58,481 nucleotides of DNA from NCBI GenBank assembly GCA_050258075.1, contig JBLMYC010000184.1:1-58481 (forward strand), written 5' to 3'. Made by a program: the position numbers and the translations under genes. The DNA comes from Acidobacteriota bacterium (GTDB taxonomy: Bacteria; Acidobacteriota; Thermoanaerobaculia; Multivoradales; JAGPDF01). The notes under the pieces are model-generated. The model saw only the letters and a program-made list of their open reading frames with translations. It was not told where the DNA came from and did no database searches. Shown here piece by piece: positions 49,454-58,481 of the stretch. Each line of letters opens with the position of its first letter. The first letter of the stretch is position 1.

Positions 49454-49600
49454 GGCGGACCTCCTCGGAGGGCCTGGGGATGATCGCCATACGGTAATGC
49501 AAAAAGCGCTAAGTGACAACGGTCGGAAGATCACGGTCGGTCCGAGGCGCGCTCCGCTCGCCGTCTCGAGCGCGATGGCGCAGCGGTTGGCGGAGATCGA

Positions 49601-50083
49601 TCAGACGTGCTCGAGGGACGCCGCTCGTTCGCGAACGGTCTTCAGGAGCTCGCGCAGGTCGAGGATCACGCCGAAGACGTGGCGCCCGGGACGGCGCAGG
49701 ATGTTCGACAGCTCCGTGGCGTTCCTGGCCATCTCCACCTCGCTACCGACCACGACGAAGGCCGCCTCGGCGAGACCGTCCGTCACGTCGGCGAGCTTGT
49801 GGATGACGCTGCGTAGGGTCTCGAGCGACACGTGCTGCTCGCGCAGCTCGCGGGCGATGCGTAGGCGGATGAGATCGCCGTAGGAGTACATGCGCTGGCG
49901 CCCCTTGCCGCGCCCCTGGCCCTGGGCGACGCTCGGCACCAGGGTCTTCGTGCGTCCCCAGTAATCGATCGTGAAGAAGGGCACGCCGCTCACCTGCGCG
50001 GCCTGGCGGGACGTGTAGGCGCGCGTCAGGGGGGCGGTGGAGGGGGCCTTGCGGCGGGCGCGGCGCCGAACGTCGTGGCTCAT
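49601..50083 (-). CDS. MerR-family HTH transcriptional regulator
   Basis: YTSRQAAQVSGVPFFTIDYWGRTKTLVP...MYSYGDLIRLRIARELREQHVSLETLR fits the MerR winged-helix pattern. Start at MSHDVRRR. Confidence 0.7.
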   Translation of the reverse strand: MSHDVRRRARRKAPSTAPLTRAYTSRQAAQVSGVPFFTIDYWGRTKTLVPSVAQGQGRGKGRQRMYSYGDLIRLRIARELREQHVSLETLRSVIHKLADVTDGLAEAAFVVVGSEVEMARNATELSNILRRPGRHVFGVILDLRELLKTVRERAASLEHV

Positions 50084-50131
50084 GTCGATCTCGTGGGCTG
50101 GACGAGAGGTGTTAAGAGAACGTAAAGGTGA

Positions 50132-50214
50132 TTGTAAACGGTCGCACAACTGCTATGGTCTTGGTTGTAAAAGGTCTTCCTGTGGTCGCGCGGTCGTAAG
50201 GAACGCGCGGTTCC
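50132..50214. promoter_or_regulatory. Candidate operator elements in the MerR/SGNH divergent intergenic region
   Basis: 12-nt direct repeat TTGTAAACGGTC (50132-50143) and TTGTAAAAGGTC (50165-50176), 33 bp apart. Inverted repeat GGAAC-GCGCG-GTTCC at 50200-50214. This is the lowest-GC stretch in the window. Confidence 0.35.
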
Positions 50215-50250
50215 CGGAGACCGGAGCAGCTTAACAAAGCTCTGCGCTCG

Positions 50251-51282
50251 ATGAATTCGCTCGAGGTCTCCCGTCCGGTAGGAACGACTGAGCGCGCCGG
50301 GCGCGGGACGCCCCTGCTGCGCGCGCTGGTCGTCGTCGTCGGCCTGGTCGCGGCGCTGCTCCTGGCGGAGGTCGGCTTGCGGCTGGCCGGCTTTTCCTTC
50401 CACGTCTACCCGGAGAAGGTCCAGTTCGGTTGGCCGAAGAGCATCGGCGGTGCGGCAGACCCCTACGTCCGTGACGCGGACTTGCTCTGGGTGCCGCGCG
50501 ACTGGCGCGAGAGGCTGGCGCGGGCGCGTGAGGAGCCGCCGCGGATGATCTTCCTCGGCGATTCGTGCACGGAGTTCGGCGCCTACCCCAGCGAGCTGAA
50601 TCGCCTCCTGGTCCGCTCGGGTTCGCGTCACCTCACCAGCATGAAGTTCGGGGTCGCCGGCTGGACGACCTACCAGGGACTGCACGCCCTCGAGCGCGAC
50701 TTGCTGCCGCTGCGCCCGGCCCTGGTGACGGTCGACTTCGGCTGGAACGATCACTGGAAGGGCTACGGAATCGAGGACCGCGACATCGGTGGGCTGCCGT
50801 TCATGCGGTCCGCGCTCGAGCCCTTGCGCCTCGTCCAACTCGTGCAGAAGGCGACGATCGCGCTGCGCGGCCGGTCCTACGCGGCGCAGCGGGTCGCGCT
50901 GGCGGACTTCCGGGCCAATCTGCGCCAGATCGCGCGCCAGACCCGCGCGGCGGGGGCGGTGCCGGTGCTGCTCACGGCGCCGACATCGAACGTCGAGGGC
51001 CAGGAGCCGAGCTACCTGCGCGACGGCTGGCTCGACGACATCTCGCAGCTCCTGCCCCTGCACCGCCGCTACGCACAGGCGGTCCGCGAGGTCGCCGCGA
51101 GCGAGCACGTGCCGCTCTGCGACCTGCTCGAGGATTTCGATCGCCTGCCGGAGGAGCAGCGCCGAGCAAGTTTCGGCAGCGACGGGATCCACTTCACCAA
51201 CCCCGGCAGCGCGCGCGCCGGCGAGATGCTTTACCGCTGCTTCGCGGCCCATCCCGAGGTCCGGGTGGCGCTCGGCGGCTGA
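50251..51282 (+). CDS. SGNH/GDSL-family hydrolase with an N-terminal membrane anchor
   Basis: Block I IFLGDSCTEFG and block V SDGIHFT (DxxH). Confidence 0.75.
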   Translation: MNSLEVSRPVGTTERAGRGTPLLRALVVVVGLVAALLLAEVGLRLAGFSFHVYPEKVQFGWPKSIGGAADPYVRDADLLWVPRDWRERLARAREEPPRMIFLGDSCTEFGAYPSELNRLLVRSGSRHLTSMKFGVAGWTTYQGLHALERDLLPLRPALVTVDFGWNDHWKGYGIEDRDIGGLPFMRSALEPLRLVQLVQKATIALRGRSYAAQRVALADFRANLRQIARQTRAAGAVPVLLTAPTSNVEGQEPSYLRDGWLDDISQLLPLHRRYAQAVREVAASEHVPLCDLLEDFDRLPEEQRRASFGSDGIHFTNPGSARAGEMLYRCFAAHPEVRVALGG

Positions 51283-51305
51283 GGCGCCCGATTTCGATTC
51301 GCGCG

Positions 51306-52916
51306 TCAGCCGGTGCGCCGCACCGCGAGAATGACGGCGAGCACGAACAGCGCCCCCCAAAGCGGCCACGGGGCGCGGAACGAGGCGAGGATCGCGCCGG
51401 CGACCAGCGAGAAGCCGGCGAGCAGCGTGCCGCGCAGGCCGGCGAAGGGGTTCTCGGTCGGCTTCTTGGTCGCCTGCTCGAGCATGCGCAGGCCTTCGGT
51501 GACGAGCAGCGGCGCCTTGACCAGAGCGTCGACGACCTCGGGAGCGCCGCGCAGGCTCTCCTTGATCAGGCGCAGCGGGCTGAACTGCGACAGGAAGAGG
51601 CGGTTGATATGGCGCTGCGAGACCTGGGCGACGTCGAAGCCCGGGGAGAGCACCTGGCCGACGCCCTCGAAGGTCACCAGGGCCTTCACCATGAGCACCA
51701 TCTCGACCGGGAAGTAGATGCGGAACTGGGCGCCCAGGCTGACCGACGACATGATGAGCTGGGCGATCGAGAAGTCCTTGAAGTTCGCGGCTCGCGACCA
51801 GCGTCGGCAGATCTCCTCGACTTCGCGCCGGAAGCCGTGGCGGTCGCCGCCCGGACCGAGCTGGGCGACCGAGGCGAGGTAACGGGCGGCGTTGTCGGCG
51901 TCGCCCATCACCAGGCAGTAGTAGTAGTACATCATCGTGCGCCGCAGCTCGTCGTCGAAGCGGCCGACCATGCCGAGGTCGATGAACCCGGCCTGCGGTC
52001 CCGGCAGGACGATCAGGTTCCCCGGGTGCAGGTCGGCATGGAAGAAGCCGTCCTTGTACAGCATGCGAATGATCGCCGCGGCGCCGAGGTCGATCAGCCG
52101 TTCGCGGTCCTCGGGCGACATCGCCAGAACCTGCGGCGAGTTGGGCTTGAAGCCGTCGAAGAACTCCATGCACAGCACGTTCAGGCTGCTGTACTCGCGC
52201 CAGATGCGCGGGAAGCGGATGTCGGGCTCGTCCTTGAAGTTGGCGGCGAAGGTCTCGGCGTTGTCGGCCTCGCGGCGCAGATCGACTTCCTTGAGCGTGT
52301 AGTCGCAGAACTCGCGGATGACGCGACGCGGCTGGAAACGCGGGATGATCAGCTCCAGCCAGGCGCCGGTCATCTTCAGCAGCACGGCGTCGCGCTGCAG
52401 GGTCTCGCGGATCCCCGGCTTCACGACCTTGAGGATCACCTCGTCGCCGTCGTGGGTGCGGGCGCGGTGGATCTGGGCGATCGACGCCGAGCCCAGCGGC
52501 TGCGGATCGACCCAGGCGAAGACTTCCGCCGGCGAGCGCCTGAGGTCCTTCGCCACCAGCTCCATGTAGCGCTCGAAGGGCACCACCGGCAGGCGGTCGA
52601 GCAGGTTCTTGAGCTCGTCGGTGACCGTCTTCGGCAGCAGGTCCTCGCGCAGCGAGAGCACCTGGCCGAGCTTGATGTACGTGGGGCCGAGGATCTCGAG
52701 GCGCCGGCGCAGCTGGACCGGGAAAGGCAGGTTGCGCAGCTTGCGGCTGAGCAGCGGCCGCCAGAACAGGGCGACCAGGCGCGCGGAGTAGGCGCGCTTG
52801 CCCTGATCCTTCTGCCAGCGGGCGTAAGCGACGGTGCCGCCGCCGAGCAGGCCCCAGAAATGCCGCGTGGTGGTGAAGAACCGGCGCAGGATTCCCGCCG
52901 GCTTGCGCTCGATCAT
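51306..52916 (-). CDS. ABC1/UbiB-family atypical kinase with C-terminal TM helices
   Basis: ASIAQIHRA, KVVKPGI and FHADLHPGNL. The start is either MIERKPAG (52916) or the GTG at 52979. Confidence 0.85.
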   Translation of the reverse strand: MIERKPAGILRRFFTTTRHFWGLLGGGTVAYARWQKDQGKRAYSARLVALFWRPLLSRKLRNLPFPVQLRRRLEILGPTYIKLGQVLSLREDLLPKTVTDELKNLLDRLPVVPFERYMELVAKDLRRSPAEVFAWVDPQPLGSASIAQIHRARTHDGDEVILKVVKPGIRETLQRDAVLLKMTGAWLELIIPRFQPRRVIREFCDYTLKEVDLRREADNAETFAANFKDEPDIRFPRIWREYSSLNVLCMEFFDGFKPNSPQVLAMSPEDRERLIDLGAAAIIRMLYKDGFFHADLHPGNLIVLPGPQAGFIDLGMVGRFDDELRRTMMYYYYCLVMGDADNAARYLASVAQLGPGGDRHGFRREVEEICRRWSRAANFKDFSIAQLIMSSVSLGAQFRIYFPVEMVLMVKALVTFEGVGQVLSPGFDVAQVSQRHINRLFLSQFSPLRLIKESLRGAPEVVDALVKAPLLVTEGLRMLEQATKKPTENPFAGLRGTLLAGFSLVAGAILASFRAPWPLWGALFVLAVILAVRRTG

Positions 52917-53073
52917 CAGCTCGAAGCCGGGGTCCTGGGGCGCAGCGGTGGCCGGGGTCGAGGCCGAGGCCGAAATCACGAGTTCATCCTGACACGAAGC
53001 TCGGGTAGTCGCTAGGATCGGAGCCTCTGGCGGCCCGCCCGCATCGGGTGGAGCCGGACGCGGGAGGCGAGGC

Positions 53074-53811
53074 GTGCGTCCAACCTGGCGAATCGTAGTC
53101 GGGGTGTTCGCGGTGACCGGGCTGGTGGCCTGCGCCGGGACGCGGCCGCCGCGGCCAACGAAGCCGCCCGCGACGAGGCCGAAAGCCCCGCCCGCGCCCA
53201 CTCCCGAGCGCACCGTCGCCGACGTCATGGCCGCCGTCGGACCCGCGGCGGAGAGCCGCCTGCGCGCCAAATTCGAGGCCCACGGAGTCGCCTATCCTCC
53301 CCGCAAGGTGGCCTTGCTCGCGTTCAAGGAGGAACGGCGCATGGAAGTGTGGGCCGAGGGCGACTCCGGCCCGAGGTTCATCGAGGTCTACCGCATCCTC
53401 GCCACCAGCGGCGACGCCGGGCCGAAGCTGCACGAGGGCGACTACCAGGTGCCGGAAGGGATCTACCGGGTGATCTGGCTGAACCCCAACAGCTCCTATC
53501 ACCTGTCGCTCGAGCTCGACTATCCGAACGAATTCGATCGCGCCCGGGCGCGCGAGGACGGCCGCACCAACCTCGGCGGCGACATCTTCATCCACGGCGA
53601 CGACGTCTCGGTGGGCTGCCTGGCGGTGGGCGACCGCGCGGCGGAGGACCTGTTCGTGCTGGCGGCGCGCATCGGCCCTGAGAACGTCGAGGTGCTGATC
53701 GCACCCTGGGACCTGCGCCATCGGCCGCCGCCGGAGAAGGTCGAGGCACCGGTGCGCTGGCTGGGGCAGCTCTATTCGCAGCTCGAGGCCGAGCTGGCGC
53801 GCTTTCGCTAG
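53074..53811 (+). CDS. L,D-transpeptidase-fold (YkuD/YafK-like) lipoprotein
   Basis: Lipobox-like VTGLVACAG. Catalytic region IFIHGDDVSVGCLAV (His...Ser-x-Gly-Cys). Confidence 0.65.
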   Translation: MRPTWRIVVGVFAVTGLVACAGTRPPRPTKPPATRPKAPPAPTPERTVADVMAAVGPAAESRLRAKFEAHGVAYPPRKVALLAFKEERRMEVWAEGDSGPRFIEVYRILATSGDAGPKLHEGDYQVPEGIYRVIWLNPNSSYHLSLELDYPNEFDRARAREDGRTNLGGDIFIHGDDVSVGCLAVGDRAAEDLFVLAARIGPENVEVLIAPWDLRHRPPPEKVEAPVRWLGQLYSQLEAELARFR

Positions 53812-55889
53812 GTCGACAGGGGGGTCTTCGGCTCGCCCGCGACCGCCTGGCGGTCGCGGCTCTGCGCCTTGGCGCGGTACATCGCCGCGTCGGCGGCGGC
53901 GAGGAGCTCGGCCGTCGTGCCGCCGTCCTCCGGATAGATGGCGATGCCGACGCTCGCCGTGACGGTATGCGGCAGCTCGGCAGCGAGCGCGGCGCCGGCG
54001 GTCACCGCCGCCAGCTTCTCGGCCAGGCGGGCGGCGTTGCCGGCGGTCCCGATGTCGGCGAGGACGATCCCGAACTCATCGCCGCCCAGCCGAGCGACGG
54101 TGTCCGCCTCGCGCACTGCGGCGTGCAGCCGGTCGGCGACGGAGCGCAGCAGGCGGTCGCCGGCGGCGTGGCCGAAGCGGTCGTTGACCTCCTTGAACGA
54201 GTCGAGATCGAAGTAGAGGACCGCCACCCGCTGGTGACCGCGAGCGGCGCGGGCGAGAGCCACCTGCAGCTGGGCGTCGAAGAGGTCGCGGTTGCCGGCG
54301 CCGGTCAGCGGGTCGTGGAGCGCGCGGCGCTGCGCCTCCATCTCGGCCCGCCGGCGCTCGGTCACGTCGACGGCGTGGCCGATCACGTGCGGTGGCTGCG
54401 ACGGCTCGCGCACCAGCATGTTGTGGTAGTGCCAGGTGCGTACCTCGCCGGCGCGGGTCGCGAGCTCGAGCAGGCCGTCGGCTTGCCCGTCGCGCAGGAT
54501 GGTCGCGAGGTATCCGGGGAAGCGCTCCCGCGCGAATGGCGTCATCAGCTCGCCCAGGTTGCGGCCGACGAGATCCGCCGGCTCGAAGCCCAGGGCGTGC
54601 GCCGCCGCCGGGTTGACCAGCAGGAGCTTGCCCTCGAGGTCGTGCTGGCAGACGAAGCCGAGGGTCTGCTCGACGAACTCGCGATAGCGCCGCTCGCTCG
54701 CGGCGAGGGCGGCCGTGCGATCACGCACCCGCGCCTCGAGACTGTCGAGGGTCGAGGCCAGCTCGCCGTGCGCCGCCCCCAGCCGCTCGGCCATGCCGTT
54801 GAAGGCGGTGATCAGCGAGGCGGTCTCCGAGGACGCGTCGGCGGGTGTCGGCAGAGGCTCAGGGCGCCCCTCGAGCGAGAACTCGTGGAGCCGTTCCTGC
54901 AGCTCGCGCACCGGCTGTGCCAGGCGACGCGAGCCGCGGACGACGAGGAAGGCGAAGATCGCCAGGGCGCCGACGAGAGCTGTCCAGGTCCACATCTCGC
55001 TCCGCAGTACGGCGCGACGTACGCTTGCCTGCGGCCGCCTTACGATGACCAGCCAATCGCCGGTCGCGGTGCGGGCGGTGCCGGCGACGAAGGTCGGCCC
55101 CGCTCCTCCCGCCGGGCGGAGCTTTCCCGACGAGCTTCCCGCACCGTCCTGCCAGCGCCAGGCCGCGACCGAGCCGAGGATTGGGATCCTGGAATCGGTC
55201 GTGAGCACCACGCGGCCACCATGGTCGACGATCAGCACCGAACGGTCGAGGATGGTCTGGCCCGGGCCGATCAACTCGTGCAGCCGCTGCAAATCGAGCG
55301 AGCCCTCGATCACGCCGATCGGCTCACCGCTCGGTCCCCGCAGGCCGATGCTGATCGCCAGGATCGGGTCGGTGCCGAATCCACGGCCACGGAAGGACTC
55401 GGAGACGATGGCGCCGCGCGCGGTCAGTGCATCGCGGAAGTAGGGCCGGTCGGCGACGTTGTAGCCCTTCGCCACCACGTCGGCGCCGGCCACGGCGGTC
55501 GCCGGCGAGGCAGCGATCACGCGACCGGTGGCGTCGGCGACGATCATCGTCTTGAAGCCGGGATTGGCGTCGCGGCACAACCCGAGATAGCGGGTCAGCA
55601 GATTGCGGTCGAGCTCGGCCTGTTCGTGGCGCAGCTCCTGCTCGAGGAGAGTCAGGGCCGAGGTGTGGCGAGCGAGGTAGTTCTCGCAGACCAGGGCGAT
55701 GCTCTCTGCCGCCGCCTGCAGGCGGGCGGTGGCCGCCGCCAGCTCCCGGCGCACCATCAGCGCGAACTGCACCACGCCGAGGCCGAGCAGCACCGCGACG
55801 CCGAACGGTGCGAAGGTCAGCAGCAGCTTCTGGCGGAGCGTTCGCCGACGCTCGGGCCGTGGGGGCACGGCGAGCCCGCGCCTGCTCAT
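53808..55889 (-). CDS. Sensor diguanylate cyclase (TM, Cache-like periplasmic domain, HAMP, PAS, GGDEF)
   Basis: RLGGDEFGIVL active site with RxxD-like I-site context. PAS-like FVCQHDLEGKLLLVNPAAAHALG. Two TM segments flank a ~270-aa extracytoplasmic domain. Confidence 0.85.
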   Translation of the reverse strand: MSRRGLAVPPRPERRRTLRQKLLLTFAPFGVAVLLGLGVVQFALMVRRELAAATARLQAAAESIALVCENYLARHTSALTLLEQELRHEQAELDRNLLTRYLGLCRDANPGFKTMIVADATGRVIAASPATAVAGADVVAKGYNVADRPYFRDALTARGAIVSESFRGRGFGTDPILAISIGLRGPSGEPIGVIEGSLDLQRLHELIGPGQTILDRSVLIVDHGGRVVLTTDSRIPILGSVAAWRWQDGAGSSSGKLRPAGGAGPTFVAGTARTATGDWLVIVRRPQASVRRAVLRSEMWTWTALVGALAIFAFLVVRGSRRLAQPVRELQERLHEFSLEGRPEPLPTPADASSETASLITAFNGMAERLGAAHGELASTLDSLEARVRDRTAALAASERRYREFVEQTLGFVCQHDLEGKLLLVNPAAAHALGFEPADLVGRNLGELMTPFARERFPGYLATILRDGQADGLLELATRAGEVRTWHYHNMLVREPSQPPHVIGHAVDVTERRRAEMEAQRRALHDPLTGAGNRDLFDAQLQVALARAARGHQRVAVLYFDLDSFKEVNDRFGHAAGDRLLRSVADRLHAAVREADTVARLGGDEFGIVLADIGTAGNAARLAEKLAAVTAGAALAAELPHTVTASVGIAIYPEDGGTTAELLAAADAAMYRAKAQSRDRQAVAGEPKTPLST

Positions 55890-55974
55890 GAACGTAGTGT
55901 ACGCCGCGAGATCGGGCGCTCTATGAGCGCGTTGCCATGGGGCAATCTCGCGTCGGTCCCTGGCGCGATCGGCG

Positions 55975-57528
55975 CTACCGGTTCCGCCCGTACTTCTCGT
56001 GGCTCGACACCCAGTCGAGCGAGGAGATCGCGGCGGCGAGCGAGATCTCGCCGGCGAGCACGACGCCGGCCACGATCTCGGCGAGCTTGCGCACCTTGCC
56101 CTTGCCGTGGCAGCCGAGGATCTCGAGACACTCGCGCTGAGTCGGCAGGTTGGTGCCGCCGCCGTGGGTGGCGACGATCAGCGACGGGATGGTGAACGAG
56201 ATGTAGAGGTCGCCCGCGGGGGTGAGCTCGGTGTAGACGATGCCGGCCGAGGACTCCGAGACGTTGGCGACGTCCTGGCCGGTGGCGATGAACATCGCGG
56301 TGATGCCGTTCGGCGAGTGGGCGCCGTTGTTGTTGGCGCCCGACATGAAGGCGCCGACGTTGGCAACCTGGCCGTGGTAGTGGAGCTGCTCGGGCTCGAC
56401 GCGCATGTTCTCGACCAGCACGCTGCGCGGGATCGTCGCTTCGGCCACCACCCGCTTGCCGCGGGTGCGCATGACGTTGACCTGCGAGGCCTTCTTGTCG
56501 GTCGCGAAGTTCGACTCGAGATAGAAGCGCCGGCAGTGCTCCTTCGGCCACTCCTGCTCGAGGATCCACGAGCAGGCGGCGAAGGTGGCGCGGCCGACCA
56601 TGTTCTGGCCGGCGCCGTCGCCGGTCGTGTAGTTGAAGCGCAGGTAGGCGAACTTGGCGGCCAGGTAGATGTCGATGTAGACCAGCTTGGCGATGCTCGA
56701 GGTCGCCTCGGCCTCGTGGCGGATGTGCGCCAGGTTCTCCGGATGGTTGACCCAGGCCGCGAAGTCCCGCGCCTCGCGCGCCGAGTCGAACACGAACACC
56801 GGCGCGCGCTGCATGCAGTCGTCGACCACCGTGCAGGTGACGCCGCCGGAGAGGTTCAGCACCTTCATGCCGCGGTTGTAGGAGGCGACCAGCGTCCCTT
56901 CGGCGGTCGCCAGCGGGATGATGAACTCGCCCTGCGCGTGCTCGCCGTTCACCTGGAGCGGCCCGGCGAAGCCGACCGGCACCTGGGCGACGCCGGTGAA
57001 GTTCTCGATATTGCCCGCCGTGACCTTGGGGTCGAAGGAGTACTTGTCGAGGTGCTGGAGCTTCACCCCGGCGTATTTCTCGACGAAGCGCTGGCGCTCG
57101 GCGACGATCTTCGCGGAGTAGTTGTCGTCCTTGTCGAGCGGCACCCGGACCCGCGCGTGCGCCTCCTCGGCGATCGCGTCGTGCACCTTCACCGTCAGCT
57201 CACCGAAGGAGGAGTCGAACGAGATGAGAATGTCGTGGTCGCCCTTGGCGAGCGGCGGGTGCGGCGCGCTGACGATGACCGCCCGGCGCAGCGGGAAGTC
57301 GAGCGGGCTCTGCGAGGTGATCTCGGTCGCCAGCCGGCGGTGGCCGCTGCCGAAGTCGAGGGTGACGCCGGAGAGCGGCAGCGCGGTGCCGTCGATCCGC
57401 ACCTCGCGCAGCCCGCTCACCGTGGCGTCGGCGAGCCGGTTCTTGATGCTGAACTCGACGCCCTGCTCGGTGTTGCGCAGGCTGCCGAAGGTGTACATCT
57501 GCTTCAGGATCAGGGACGGAATCTTCAT
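55975..57528 (-). CDS. Class-I-type hydroxymethylglutaryl-CoA reductase with a ~130-aa soluble N-terminal extension
   Basis: EGTLVASYNRG, TGDGAGQNMV, ATHGGGTNLPTQRECLEILG, LAEIVAGVVLAGEISL and the terminal SSHEKYGRNR. GAGGAGAG RBS. Confidence 0.85.
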   Translation of the reverse strand: MKIPSLILKQMYTFGSLRNTEQGVEFSIKNRLADATVSGLREVRIDGTALPLSGVTLDFGSGHRRLATEITSQSPLDFPLRRAVIVSAPHPPLAKGDHDILISFDSSFGELTVKVHDAIAEEAHARVRVPLDKDDNYSAKIVAERQRFVEKYAGVKLQHLDKYSFDPKVTAGNIENFTGVAQVPVGFAGPLQVNGEHAQGEFIIPLATAEGTLVASYNRGMKVLNLSGGVTCTVVDDCMQRAPVFVFDSAREARDFAAWVNHPENLAHIRHEAEATSSIAKLVYIDIYLAAKFAYLRFNYTTGDGAGQNMVGRATFAACSWILEQEWPKEHCRRFYLESNFATDKKASQVNVMRTRGKRVVAEATIPRSVLVENMRVEPEQLHYHGQVANVGAFMSGANNNGAHSPNGITAMFIATGQDVANVSESSAGIVYTELTPAGDLYISFTIPSLIVATHGGGTNLPTQRECLEILGCHGKGKVRKLAEIVAGVVLAGEISLAAAISSLDWVSSHEKYGRNR

Positions 57529-57616
57529 CGCAGCTCTCCTCGCCGGGACTTCTCAGTCTAGCGCGGAAAGGGTCGTGAAGAGCCTGGCGCCGGGTATACT
57601 GCGCGGCAATTTCGCC

Positions 57617-58481
<865 letters not shown>

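Noticed and set aside
50200-50214. GGAACGCGCGGTTCC considered as a Cheo-type SOS box
   Set aside because: The spacer is 5 nt rather than 4, and the site is not near a DNA-repair gene. It is kept only as a generic inverted repeat in the MerR intergenic region.

Overview
This is a very GC-rich (about 70%) bacterial chromosomal segment. It is densely coding and has many ATGA/GTGA start-stop overlaps. I found no rRNA, tRNA, CRISPR array, transposase or integrase. The gene content (DUF4388, a HEAT-containing che cluster, an IPTL-CTERM-like tail, many signalling proteins) fits an Acidobacteriota- or Myxococcota-like organism, but taxonomy cannot be settled from this window.

Content from left to right:
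- a two-gene 2-oxoacid:ferredoxin oxidoreductase with fused domains
- a divergent pair: a helical hypothetical protein and a secreted 4-repeat protein with an IPTL-CTERM-like tail
- a six-gene sulfur operon (Psr/Phs-like molybdopterin reductase ABC, split YeeE/YedE, atypical rhodanese) bounded by a sigma54-like promoter and a clean terminator
- small membrane proteins, a phosphatase and an M48 protease
- a beta-oxidation operon (thiolase, family III CoA-transferase/racemase-like, FadJ-like)
- a GNAT, an NADP reductase and a SpoIIE phosphatase
- a TatT-associated TRAP transporter
- an HDAC fused to an unknown, GNAT-like C-terminal domain
- a complete accessory chemosensory cluster: cheA, cheW, a PBP-TonB_C fusion, an MCP, a HEAT protein, cheR and cheB, with divergent cheY and Smr genes
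- a coupled pair: a large LolA-like/Omp85-like outer-membrane protein and a lipoprotein
- DUF4388, recA and murB
- a lower-GC islet with a secreted Cys-containing protein and a MerR regulator
- an SGNH hydrolase, UbiB kinase, L,D-transpeptidase, GGDEF cyclase, a class-I-type HMG-CoA reductase and a partial Ser/Thr kinase.

The best candidates for undescribed biology are the sulfur operon with its Cys-less rhodanese carrying a terminal-Cys arm, the PBP-TonB_C protein embedded in the che operon, the LolA/Omp85 chimera with its lipoprotein, and the HDAC/GNAT-like fusion. All functional calls come from motif reading only. No database search was run.
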